A stretch of 64,000 nucleotides of DNA from Octopus vulgaris. Its lineage: Eukaryota. This document shows positions 25,050 through 37,393 of this stretch, one piece after another. The translations under genes were made by a program, and so were the position numbers. The stretch is from NCBI GenBank assembly GCA_951406725.2, contig OX597816.1:16988001-17052000 (forward strand), in the 5' to 3' direction. The notes below the pieces were generated by a model, which did no database searches, had not been told where the DNA came from, and saw nothing but the letters and a program-made list of their open reading frames with translations. Positions within the stretch are counted from its first letter, which is position 1. Each line of letters opens with the position of its first letter.

Positions 25050-25412
25050 CAGGGGTTGGACAAAATAATGGAAACACCTTAAAATTTCAGGCAAATTTAT
25101 CTTAATATGGGGTAGGACTGCCTTTGGCAGTAATTACAGCTTGAATTCTATGAGGTATAGACTCATACAAAGTTTGAATTGTTTCCTAAGGAATTTTTGT
25201 TCATTCTTCAGCTAAGACAGTCTCCAGTTCTTGTAGAGATGATGGTGGAAGATATCAACTCCTTACTTGTTTTTCTAAAATGCACCATAAATGTTCAATA
25301 ATATTGAGATCTGGGGACTGTGGTGGCCAGATAAGATGTACAACTTCACTAAAATGTTCTTCGTGCAATTCAGTAACAACTTTAGCTGTGTGAATTGGTG
25401 ATAATGACAGGC
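25050..25412 (-). mobile_element. Tc1-family transposon remnant: transposase C-terminus plus one TIR
   Basis: ORF 25255-25437 contains PIHTAKVV...WPPQSPDLNIIEHLW (Tc1 WPSQSPDLNPIE motif), continuing through stops to IQAVITAKGSPTPY*; terminus TA|CAGGGGTTGGACAAAATAATGGAAACACC. Confidence 0.9.
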
Positions 25413-28400
25413 AAAAAATATTTTCATGAGTACACATTTTCTCTTTATTTTCACTATATATTTTCCCATTGTTACTATTCCTTGTTTATGGGGGAAATAT
25501 TCTTTAATTAGATAAATTATATGTTAATATTGAAAATGAGTGCAAAGTTATGCAAATTTGTATTTAAGGTATCTAATTTAAAGTTTTCAAATCTGTAGCA
25601 GAAAGATGCTCGTTTCTGTTTTAGATGGTTTAGAAAAATAATACAACACATTCATAAATGCAACCAGAATCATTCAATCTGCCTATGAATAAAGTATGAA
25701 TAAATGAAATGCTAAACATTGTTAAATAAAAAGCTGCAGAAAACATTAAAAATACCAACATTATGATGAAAGATTTTAAACTGAATTTTAACCTTGGTTA
25801 AAACAATTTTATCTGAAGCTAACTTTTAAATAAAGAATTTTGATTTAAATAAAATAAGTTTGTAGGTAAATATTGATTTTTATATATTGACATTCAGTGA
25901 ACCATTGACAGAAGAGGAAAAGAAAAAGATATAATTTGTTTCCAGGTAAAAGATTAAGCAGAAGCAGAGCATTGATCTAAAGCAGAATATTTATTGTCTT
26001 TTGCAAAAACTTATCTTGAAAAGAAAAATTATATTGAAACAAGTATTGATTTCTTGGAGCTATATGCACTTAAAGGTATATTGACATGTGTTGATAAATT
26101 AATCAGTAGTAGATGGATGATAAATTCTACATTCACACACACACACAATTTTCAAGTAGGAAATTTTTATTAAAAGAAAAAGGCGTGTATCAATTTATAT
26201 AAGAGTGAATAAAGGATCTATTTAATCTGTTTGCAATTTTAAAGTTAGAACGTATTCAATTATTTCAAGTTTTGTTACAATAAAATTTATCATCTTGAAG
26301 TACTTCATGTTTTCATTATAAATCTGAATTGTTAATGTTTTTATATATATTTTTAGTAAAAACATTTATATTTTATAATCTGGGTTTTAAAAAAATCTAT
26401 ATATTGTTCAATAATACACTTGAGATGCCCACTTCATAACACTGATCTCTCAGTGTTAATGATGCATCATCTTGACAGCATAATGACCAAATTTATTTGA
26501 ATGTTTGTTATAAAATGCTGTATTTCATTAAATGAATGTTTTTTAAGTTGAAATAAAATCATTGAAACCTCCTTTACAAAAAATATTTGATATTTGAAAC
26601 TACTTTTGCCATTATATATATATATTTTCCATGAGCTAATTTATAAGAGCAATTAGCTTCTTTCACAGTGGGTTGCTTGCTTATCAATAATTACTTAATC
26701 AGGAAAAAAAGAGTGAAACATGTAATTGTCTGGTTGAATAGTCTTGTAAACAAAGGCATGTCAACAGTGATCCTTCCATATTTTCTTCAGACAGTATATG
26801 TAGAACTACATTATGTTATGACCTTGCTCCTTTTAAAGAAGATGGGAAGATTATGGGAAGATTCTGCTGTTGTTTCCACTAGGTTGAGTAACTGCATAGA
26901 AACTCCCTTGCTTCATTACTCACACACATGCAAACAAATAAAAGTGTCTTGAAGATGGTGATCCATACCTACTCAACGGTGAAGCCAGAGGAAACTCTAG
27001 TAAAAATCCAAAACACCTGATGTACAAATCAACATTAGAACTAAATGCAGGGTTAAAAAACCTATTAAGCTGCCTACTAGCTAGTTCCTTCCCACGTTGC
27101 ATTCAAGACAGTTGATGCCAGTAAAGTCACATATCTTTCCAAAAGTAAGCAAATGGAGACAGGTAAAGCCATGTGCAAAATATAGAATGATATTAAGAAA
27201 GATCAAACTCATTAATACAGTATCAATAGTATAGTACCATAACACTGTGGCTATTGCATCTCTTAAATATTTCATCTTAATTAGTGCTGTAAGATTATGT
27301 TTTCTATTTTACAGGTCTGATATTGTGCCCTGATCAATGAATACTTAAACTTTGAAATTTAATTCCTGAATCTAAAAAAAAATTTTTTTTACAAAATCAT
27401 GTGTTATTTTCCAATAAACACATGCTTCTTCTCTCTTCCTCTTTCTCTCTCTAACACTTTACCACATTATGTGGAAATATTTGGATTTTCCTTAAAGCAT
27501 AATGCTTCAAATCAAAAGATAGCAGACAGCACTAGCAATGCAGCAAATAACACCTAAAGAAGAATGGCATGGTGCCATAAAAATAACTAGCAAGAAAAGA
27601 AAAAAAGTAAAACGAAAAATTACTTAGGTTACAGGTCTATTTTGCATGAAGTATGTACCTAGCAACAGAAAATGTATATCGATGTATACCATCTGATTAT
27701 TAAAACAATATGCCTTCCCTACTATTTCAGTTGCAATTTATCTGCAAAATCAGATTTATGGCTTTACTATAGGTAATAACTTTTATCCTATGCTCTAACA
27801 ATAACATTGACTCGTTATGTATCTTGGAAAATAGTGGTTTGCTAATGGAGCTTGCTTAAACTAAAATTTCTGTATATTCTCTTGTCACTCTAAAATATGC
27901 AGCAATAGACTGTGCTTTGTTTAGGAGGCCCAATAAGACCAAAACCTGTATGCATGTGTCAGTATACAGTCAAAAACCAGATTAATTCTCTACTGCATTC
28001 TATATTTAATTACTTTTAATTAATTAAAATTTGTCAACTATGTCTTTTGTAATAAGTGTGATGTCACCAGCAAAGACTAGGTTTTTAAGTTTTTAGTTCA
28101 TGCTTCTAGGTATTGCCCACACTCACAAAGTCAATTGATCTCCTCATGATAAAGTTTAACCAGAAAAGAAACAATAGTGGAGGTAGAATGCAATTTTGTC
28201 AGACCCAAGTAATAACACTTAAAATGTTAGATGTGCAAGAATTGAGTCTCCACATAGCAGCTCAAATTCAGGTGGGTGTTTCTGAAAGATACTGAAATAA
28301 GTGTGAGGAATGCCATATGAGATGCAAGATGCACCACAGTTACTCAGAAAATTAACACTAGAATTATAAAACAATTTATTTAAGTTATAAAAATTTTCTG

Positions 28401-29280
28401 GAGAAGAGGAAGGAACAAAATAAAAGGAAAAACATTATAATCTTGAAAACTTGTTTATTTAAAAAATTGTTTATTCAATAAATCATAATCACCAATAATT
28501 GTAACCTTAAAGACCTATGAATAAAATGGAGTTGCAGAGTAGTGCTTTGCCTAAAACTTCACCAAACTATATTAGTGTTAGATGTTGCACTAAAGTTTAG
28601 TGACCCCCTACTCTGAATAATATCTATTTTTTTAATTAAAATTTTGCGGAAATATGTTTTCAAAAGATGTACATTATCAATATGTTAATGAACTTTTTTC
28701 AAAATTTTTTTTTGACTCTGAAAGGAGAGAAATTTATATCTTTTAACCATTCAATAACTTGCCTGTGGTCATTGCACAAGCTTAATGATATGAGATAAGA
28801 GGAACTGGGGTATGCTCCAGGGTTATCATCCAGAAGTCTTTTAGATCTTGTTGTAGACTAGATATAAACTCAAATTATTTTATATTTCCAATTTCATGTT
28901 TATGACGAATAAGATCAATCAAGATTTTATCAAAGACTTTTTTTTTATGCTGTGCAACAATGATGAGTAAGCTATTGAATGGTTAAACTGTATGGACTTT
29001 TATCTTTGTCAATAAAAAACAAAATTAATTTTGCTTCAAATTCATTGACATAAGCATAATGTGCATTTTAAAAATGTTTCTTCAAAACTTCAGTAAAAGA
29101 ATGTATTATTAAGGAAGTCATACGAAACAAAGACCTTGATGTATGTGTGTGGCTGGGGATGTGTGACAAAAACAGTAGTTAAGCAAAAGTGTGTGTACAC
29201 ACACGAGTGCATCTATATGTGAGTACATATGTGTATGCCTTTTATCATTATCATTTAATATCTGGTATATATTTGTTTAA

Positions 29281-29576
29281 CCATCTGAACACAGCTGTTG
29301 CCAGCGCCGCGCCAACTGGCTTCCGTGCCGGTGGCACGTAAAAAGCACCATCCAATCGTGGCCGTTTGCCAGCCTCATTTGGCACCTGTGCCGGTGGCAC
29401 ATAAAAAGCACACACTACATTCATGGAGTGGTTGGCATTAGGAAGGGCATCCAGCCATAGAAACATTGCCAGATCAGACTGGGCCTGGTGCAGCCTTCTG
29501 GCTTCCCAGACCCCAGTTGAACCATCCAACCCATGCCAGCATGGAAAGCGGACGCTAAATGATGATGATGATGATG
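29281..29576 (+). mobile_element. RTE-LINE 3'UTR/tail copy
   Basis: Two GTGCCGGTGGCAC(G/A)TAAAAAGCAC units, conserved tail, (GAT)n. Confidence 0.9.
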
Positions 29577-31369
29577 TAAAGCAACTACTTCATACTTCTT
29601 GCCAAAGGTGCAGCCCTCTAATTCCCTTCCTACCTATATTTCCTGCATGCAACATCATCTGCATTGGTTTCATTAAATATAGAAGAACTAATAAAAGGTG
29701 AACTGCTTTTCCTCCGCTAACAGACTAATACAAACCAATAACTTACACAAACAAGTATTTTTTATTAAAATAGGATAGTCAAAGTAAAAATAACTTTTGG
29801 AAATGATTAAAGTATTAGAAAGAAAGTAGACAGTAATTTAATTTCCTTTCTTGTGAATTCATATAATGTGAAAATGCTGTTTGCATGTTTACATTGATAC
29901 ATAACCTAAAATTTATGTTTGGTATGTCAATAAGGGGTATCATATTAATGCTATAACAAAATGAAGAAACAAAATATCCTTGAAAACTGGGAAGGTTACA
30001 AATCACTTTTCTATGATAAAATTATGGTATATGCTTTATGTTATGAATTAACTCATTATCTCTTTGAAGCTTTTAATATATATGATTAAGAGAGTTAACT
30101 AGAGATTTGTTTCACAAACACTAACTGTTTCATTTAGTTAACCAAACAAAGGAGGAAGAAGTTAAATCAAGATCAAATAATATAAAGTTTGTGTATCTGA
30201 GAATATGCCAAATATGTTTTAAGATCACTGCATTTTAGCAAGAAATTTTGTAAGCAATGAGTTTTCAGTTTCAGAAATAAAACTAAAATTCTCAGAGTTG
30301 ATAAACTAAAGATCTGTAAATCAATCAGAGATAAATCTTAAAAAGTTTTATCATGAGAAAATTTAATAAACAAGTATCAAAATATTTTATACTGATTTGT
30401 GGTGTAAAGTGCCTATAAAATAACATGAGAAGATCAAGGAAGACATGGTACAGAAATGATAAAAGTTGATTTCAAGATGTTGAACTTTACAAAAGAGTTG
30501 ACAAAAAAACATAACAAACAGCAAGGCGCCATATTCAAAAAGTGTTGCCCAACCCCATGATGAAGATGATGATGATGATGATGGTAATGGTGGTGATGAT
30601 TTATTTAAAAAATCTTTATAAGAAAGTTCTATATATCAAAATCTCCAATTGGTAATTCTTTCATTTCTGTTTGCTTACACAATATTCTGATAACAAAATA
30701 TTATTCTGATAACAATGTTATGATAACACAGTTATAGATTCAAATTCTGCCAAAGACATATTCTGTTGCAAACCAAAACCAAATTATAAGTTTCCCCAGT
30801 GTAATGGTAAAACATAAAGTGAGGTATTAAAAAGTAATACACCATTTACAAACACTATCCAAATTCAACTTGCAGTTTTGTAAATCATTTAAGACTGTAA
30901 TAGTTTACATATCTCTAAAGATATAGTTTCTTAATATCATTGATTTCAAAATGAAAATAGTATTTGCAAAGAGTACAAAACTATACGATAAGATATTAAA
31001 ACTGAAAACATAGTTACAAAACATGAAAAGTTTGGAGAAACTATTTTATTTCTCATAAAAATCATTTACATTTAGTAATCAGATTAAATGTGACTACTAG
31101 TTTGAAGGATGACTAATCTAATAGCAATACATGTATGTAATTCATGTTTCAATGTTTCATATAAATTTTCTCTTTCAACTCAGCAACTAAAGTTCCCTGA
31201 TTTATGTGTACTGAAATTGATTATCATTCATGCTAAGCATTAAACTTCTATTCAATCCAGTCATTTTAATTAGTTACACACACACACTTACACACACACA
31301 TGCATGCACACACACATACATATCTACATACATAAGTGTGTATGAGAGAGAGAGACTAAGAAATGAGAC

Positions 31370-31730
31370 TGAAGTCAAAACTGTGGTTTCTGGTTCAGTC
31401 TCACTTCATAGCACCTAGAGCAAGTATCTTCTTCAACAGCCCAGGGCAACCAAACCCTTGTGAATGAATTTAATAGATAGAAACTGAAAGAAACACATCA
31501 CACACATGCACGTGTATATGCACTGGTATGTGCTGGTGAGAATGTTTTGTTTTCATGCCTTGATATCATGTTATAGCCGTGAACAAGTATCATTGTTATA
31601 CATATGGTGCCCTTAATTTCCAATCATCTATGAAAACATGTACAGGCATGGAGAAGTATTAACTTGCTCAGAAACAGCTGAGGGACAGCAACAGGAAGAA
31701 CATGGAAAAAGAAGACAAAACAACGATAAT
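31370..31730 (+). mobile_element. Diverged CORE-type SINE with RTE-type tail remnant
   Basis: GGTTCAGTCTCACT..CACCTAGAGCAAGTATCTTCT; body matches 8230-8350 (CCTTGATATCAT, CTATGAAAACATG, GCAACAGGAAG). Confidence 0.7.
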
Positions 31731-32980
31731 TGTGTGTGTGTCTGTTATGTATGTGCTGTTTAACTTATGATAAAGTTAAATGGCAAGTTCAACAGATATA
31801 TTTTCTTAACTACTCATTTCAAGTGAAATAGTGAAAATCAAATCTACACAAGTTAGTTTCTTGTTTTCTGAGCAGCTTATAACAAAATGTCAAATCCATT
31901 TATTTGAAAAACATATGACTGTTATACACAGGATATTTCTGTTTGATTCATTTTGCCAATATTTCCAATAATTCTAATATAAGTCGTGAGAGTGAGCACA
32001 TATACAATTGATTTTTTCACTATTATTCTACTTATTCTCCTATAGCTTAAGCCATCTCTAAGAAGGTTTTAGTTTGACTCCTTTGTAGATTTTTCAACGA
32101 CCTTCAACAATTTTAATTTTATATATAATCTTCTATGAATCAACACACTTTTAGCAGTAACTGGAAGAAAATTTACAGAATATACTTCCATACAAAGTGA
32201 AAATAATTTGATAATTCTGCTACACCTGCATAATATAGATACACAAAAAAAATAACATTGCAAATTGTCAGGGTTTTGTCTTAAAAATAAAAATAATTTT
32301 TTTTAAATTGTCAGAGTTTTGTCTTAAAAATTAAAATCAATCCTGTATTGTTATTTATTTCCTTTGTTCTTTTTTTGTTTTTTTTTAGAAAAATGCAGAA
32401 AGAAAAATACCATTAAAAACGTCAACCTTCAGAGCATATTTTCTTCAATCAGCTTTGGGCAGGTTCCATGAACACTATTAGAGATTAAGTTCACTGATTC
32501 TCTTGGGTAGAATTCTTTAAAAGAGGAAATTAATGTGTAACATTTTTTTTACTATTAAGCTAATGCTAATATTGGACCTAATGTCAAGAGCTTAAGAAAG
32601 AAGTTTTCATAAAATATTTTTTAATTGCTAAAAAATAATATTATTTCAAAAAAAATAATATAACTGTAGGCAGCTTTGAGAAAATCAATACATTTTGTTT
32701 TTAGAATTCTTTTCCATTGTGGGATTAAAATTATTATATTTCAAACATCAATAAAAATAGATGAACAAAATAGAATATATAAATATAAATAATTTTCAGG
32801 GTAATAAAGAGAATCTGTTGCAATAATTTATCATATAAAGGCAATTACTTGATTTGGATTTGATTTAGAAATTGAATTAACAGTTGTGATTTAAATGATC
32901 TTATAAAGGCTATACATATTATATATGTATTATAATATTATATATACATATTATATATATATATATATATCGAATTGAAC

Positions 32981-33186
32981 CAGCCAGGATCCCTGGTCTG
33001 GTGGTACGTAAAAAGCACCCACTACACTCACGGAGTGGTTGGCGTTAGGAAGGACATCCAGCTGTAGAAACATTGCCAGATAAGACTGGAGCCTGGTGCA
33101 GCCTTCTGGCTTCCCAGATCCCCAGTTGAACCGTCCAACCCATGCTAGCATGGAGAACGGACGTTAAACAATGATGATGATGATGA

Positions 33187-33190
<4 letters not shown>
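32981..33190 (+). mobile_element. RTE-LINE tail inserted in (TA)n
   Basis: Conserved tail and (GAT)n flanked on both sides by (TA)n. Confidence 0.9.
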
Positions 33191-33224
<34 letters not shown>

Positions 33225-33974
33225 CATATTATATAACACAGTAATTCAAAATCAAGAAGTATAGCAAAATAACTAACTTTACTCTCAGCACTAAATTTAT
33301 GAATTGGTATCCAAATGTCTGGACAAAAAAAGAAGAATGCTCAACGAAGAACGCCAAATTTTGCAAATCTTCAATAGTGGCAAATATATACTACTGCACA
33401 TTTACAAGAGTGAAAAACATTAAAATGTTTGGAAGGTAATAGATGGCCACTATATTCCTGGAAACATTTAGCTAAAACATATGAATAAATTACCTGAGAT
33501 ATTATAATCAGAAGAACATTGAATTATATATATGTTTGTGCTTTGTGTGTGTGTATGTGTGTGTGTGCATGTGTGTGTTGTGTGTGTGTGGGTGTGCATG
33601 TGTGTGCATGCATGCACACAGGTAGCTTTTCAAATCTAAATTCCAGCCCATAAAATAGTTGTGAATAAGAAATGCTCATTTATATGCAGCAACATAGTCA
33701 TAATAAAATATCATAGAGTTTTACCCAGCAGAACTGTGATCATAAATAAATAATTTGAATTAACTTTTTATGAAAATGAGGAATAATGTTTACTATGCCT
33801 TACTTTGAATCCCAAATGCAAAACCAGACATCACATTATGTAGCTGATATAATTATACATATAAAGATGAAATGAAGAAATGCACAAAGCAAGGAGAAAC
33901 TGGAGTAACAACAAAATGAATAAATAAATTTTGCAACATGCATTGAGTACTCTATCTCCCAATTGGACATTCAA

Positions 33975-34033
33975 AGATAGAAAGAAGGAAAAACTGGAAA
34001 GAGAAAGAAAGATAGAAAGGAAAAACCGGAAAG

Positions 34034-34064
<31 letters not shown>

Positions 34065-34105
34065 AGGAAAGAAAGAAAGAAAGAAGGAAAGAAAGGAAAG
34101 AAAAA
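33975..34105. repeat. (GAAA)n / purine-rich microsatellite
   Basis: Directly visible; explains ORFs 33831-34136 and 33931-34116. Confidence 0.9.
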
Positions 34106-34611
34106 TAAAATTATGATGTTTTTCAAAATGCATCAAGACATATTTATGCGAAGTAGAAATTACATCTTAATGTATTTTGAGAAATATCTATTTATAAAAT
34201 GCTCCTATAGGAATTAAAAATGATTTCAAATCTTGAATTCAGTATTTGTAAAGCATTCTGTGTGAAGTTTACACACACAATAGGACTATTTCAAGTTACA
34301 GCATATGCATTCCAAATCATTGTGTTTTATTTTGATTCTCTGATTACTACCTTTTATGATAAATACAGCATGTATATAACGAATCAAAATTCTAAATATT
34401 GCCTCTTAACATCTGATGAACACTATTGTTCAGATGAGAAACTTAAGATTCAAACACGAGAAATATTTATTTTAATTTCCAACCATCCATCTTCTTTACC
34501 CACTATTCCTGGGAGGGTCATACAGACAGGTATCTCTTCCATAAAGTCCTATCAGGAGCAACCATCATTACATTTTCTGGATGGATTCCCAAGCATAACC
34601 AGCTGAGGCTA

Positions 34612-34666
34612 TACTCTTTTACTCGTTTCAGTCATTTGACTGTGGCCATGCTGGAGCACCGCCTTT
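34612..34666 (-). mobile_element. ~55-nt retroposon 3' tail fused to U6
   Basis: Minus strand AAAGGCGGTGCTCCAGCATGGCCACAGTCAAATGACTGAAACGAGTAAAAGAGTA, one mismatch to 5159-5213. Confidence 0.9.
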
Positions 34667-34670
34667 AAAA

Positions 34671-34720
34671 AAAAATATGGAACGCTTCACGAATTTGCAT
34701 GTCATCCTTACGCAGGGGCT

Positions 34721-34760
<40 letters not shown>

Positions 34761-34777
34761 ACTGCTGAAGCAAATAC
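34671..34777 (-). ncRNA. U6: U6 spliceosomal snRNA, full-length copy, probably a retropseudogene
   Basis: Minus strand GTATTTGCTTCAGCAGTACATATACTAAAATTGGAACGATACAGAGAAGATTAGCATAGCCCCTGCGTAAGGATGACATGCAAATTCGTGAAGCGTTCCATATTTTT, with ACAGAGA box and AGC triad. Several transitions relative to canonical metazoan U6 (TTCGG>TTCAG, ATGGCC>ATAGCC, GCGC>GCGT, CACG>CATG) and the fused tail suggest a retrocopy. Confidence 0.95.
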
Positions 34778-35530
34778 AAAGGGATATTATCCAACAATAT
34801 TATTCTTGGTCTAACCCAAAGTCTCCTGCTACTTGGCTCAGCTTGAAGAATCCCTTGTAGTATTCTAGTCACACCTCCAGAGTACTTGAGCCATGATCCC
34901 TCAGTAAGACACCTTGTTCTCCAACTATGCACCCTGTGAAGTAATGTTACCCCATATATCCCTTAGAGGAGCCTTATTTCAGCCACTTGTATATGTGTGT
35001 GTAGTAATGACTTTTAAATGACATCATGAACAAAAGTGAGAGTACTTAATACATTATGTAGAGTGACTAGATATATTATAATACAGTAAATATTAGTACC
35101 AATTAAAGGTGAAAGTTTGGTAGCAGCCATATGTATGTATGCACTTATGCTAAAACTTGTGACCCGATATTCTGTGCTACTAAGAGTTTACTACATACAT
35201 ATCCAAACAGAAAGTGACATGTTGCCATAAATAAAGAAGACTTAAGAAAATCTGTGATCTGAATAGTTTCACTTGAATCATATCCATCTGCTAAGCAGAA
35301 TGTTCTATATAGCATAAAAAATCAAATCATGGTAAAGAAGAATAGTTATCAATTATCTCATAATATACGATGCACTACACACATGGGATAAGTAAATCTT
35401 AGCTATTCACTAAGTAGGGGGTAATGAAACAAGTACCAGATTGAAAAGGTATTGCAAGCAATAAGATCAGTAAGAACCTGGTGATAGTGTGTAAGCAGGA
35501 CTATATGACGAACAAATGAAACCAGTACAA

Positions 35531-35565
<35 letters not shown>

Positions 35566-35567
35566 CA

Positions 35568-35821
35568 TTCTTTCTTTTATTCTTTTGCTTGTTCCAGTCA
35601 CTTAACTGTGGCCATGCTGGAGCACCACCTTAAAGGGGTTTTTTTTTTAGTCAAAGGAATTGATCCTGGGACTTATTCTTTGTAAGCCTAGTACTTATTC
35701 CATTGGTCTCTTTCGCTGAGCCGCTAAGTTATGGGGATGCGAGCACCAACATCGGTTGTCAAGCAGTGGTGGGGAAATAAGCATAGACACGAACACAAAA
35801 GACACACAGACATAAATGTAC

Positions 35822-35852
<31 letters not shown>

Positions 35853-36272
35853 GTGCCGGTGGCACGTAAAAAGCACCATCCGATCGTGGCCGTTTGCCAG
35901 CCTTGTCTGGCACCTGTGCTGGTGGCACGTAAAAAGCACCCACTACACTCACGGAGTGGTTGGCATTAGGAAGGGCATCCAGCTGTAGAAACACTGCCAG
36001 ATCAGACTGGGCCTGGTGCAGCCTTCTGGCTTCCCAGACCCCAGTTGAACCGTCCAACCCATGCTAGCAAGGAAAGCAGACGTTAAACGATGATGATGAT
36101 GATATATATATACAATAGGCTTCTTTCAGATTCCATCAACCAAATCCACTCATAAGACTTTGGTTTGCCTGAGGCTATAGTAGAAGGCACTTGCCCAAGG
36201 TGTCATGCAGTGGGACTGAACCCGGAACTATGTGGTTGGGAAGCAAACTTCTTACCAGACAGTCATACATGT
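35568..36272 (-). mobile_element. Full-length CORE-type SINE interrupted by an RTE tail
   Basis: Reverse-complement homologue of 4809-5220, including the tail (TGTGGCCATGCTGGAGCACCACCTT on +). Confidence 0.85.
35853..36103 (+). mobile_element. RTE-LINE tail nested in the SINE's (TA)n
   Basis: Two repeat units plus conserved tail and (GAT)n between (TA)n tracts. Confidence 0.9.
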
Positions 36273-36809
36273 GAATATATTTCAAATACGTATTTATTCA
36301 TTCATTCATTTATTTAACATGAAATTTTGTTTTTCCATATTTGGACAAGACAAGGAGTTATTTTGAGCATGATGGTCTTCTCATTACCAAACTTTAATTG
36401 TTTTACAAGTGAAGTAATTTCTATTCCAGAGATCTTCAAATTCAAACAGCCACTAGTCCATAAGAAATGTCAACATTACCATTATTTGTTCAAGCAGTAA
36501 GTGTGAAAGTCTTGCACACACATACACACACACATCCAGTTGTCTGCCAGAGTCACTCACATAGTATCCGTCAACTTAGGCTTATTGTATAACACACTTA
36601 TCCAAAGTACCACACAGACAGACAGAAACAAAAGTGGTAGATAAGTTGGTTAGCAGAGAATGCACAATGCCTCTGCAAATTCTCTTAGACTAATGATATT
36701 TGTTGTTGATATTTGTCTTAAACAACTGTGGATCAAAGTTTGCAGAACATAAGTAAGAAGGCAATTCTAAAGAGTAAGAACTCAAAGAACGCATGAGTTA
36801 GGATAAATA

Positions 36810-37393
36810 TTCCTTTCTACTTTAGGCACAGGGTCTAAAATTTTTTTTGGGTGGGGGGGCAGTTGATTAGATCATCCCCAGAATGCAACTGGTACTTAAT
36901 TTATCGACCTTGAAAGGATGAAAGGCAAATTCGACCTCAGAGGAATTTGAACTCAGAACATGGACAAACAAAATAAGGCTAAGCATTTTGCCCAGATCAT
37001 CCCCAGAATGCAACTGGTACTTAATTTATCGACCTTGAAAGGATGAAAGGCAAATTCGACCTCAGAGGAATTTGAACTCAGAACATGGACAAACAAAATA
37101 AGGCTAAGCATTTTGCCCAGTATGCTAACGTTTCTTATTTCTTTATTACCCACAAGGGGCTATACATAGAGGGGACAAACAAACATAGAGGGGACAAACT
37201 AAACATAGAGGGGACAAAGGGATTAAGTCGATTCCATCGACCCCAGTGTGTAACTGGTACTTAATTTATCGACCTCAAAAGAGTGAAAAGCAAAGTCAAC
37301 CTTGGCAGAATTTGAACTCAAAACATAATGGCAGACGAAATACCGCTAAGCATTTCGTCCAGCATGCTAATGTTTCTGCCAGCTTAACACCTT
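36810..37393 (-). mobile_element. Two adjacent Nin/Deu-core SINEs; the first carries an exact 125-bp tandem duplication
   Basis: 36869-36993 equals 36994-37118; second SINE at ~37131-37393 matches 5507-5738 with ACATAGAGGGGACAAA x3. Confidence 0.85.

Noticed and set aside
28090-28720. Possible second Tc1/mariner remnant (SGGR..AAQI..GVSER and a TIR-like AT-rich end)
   Set aside because: Too degenerate; no catalytic motif or paired TIR identified.
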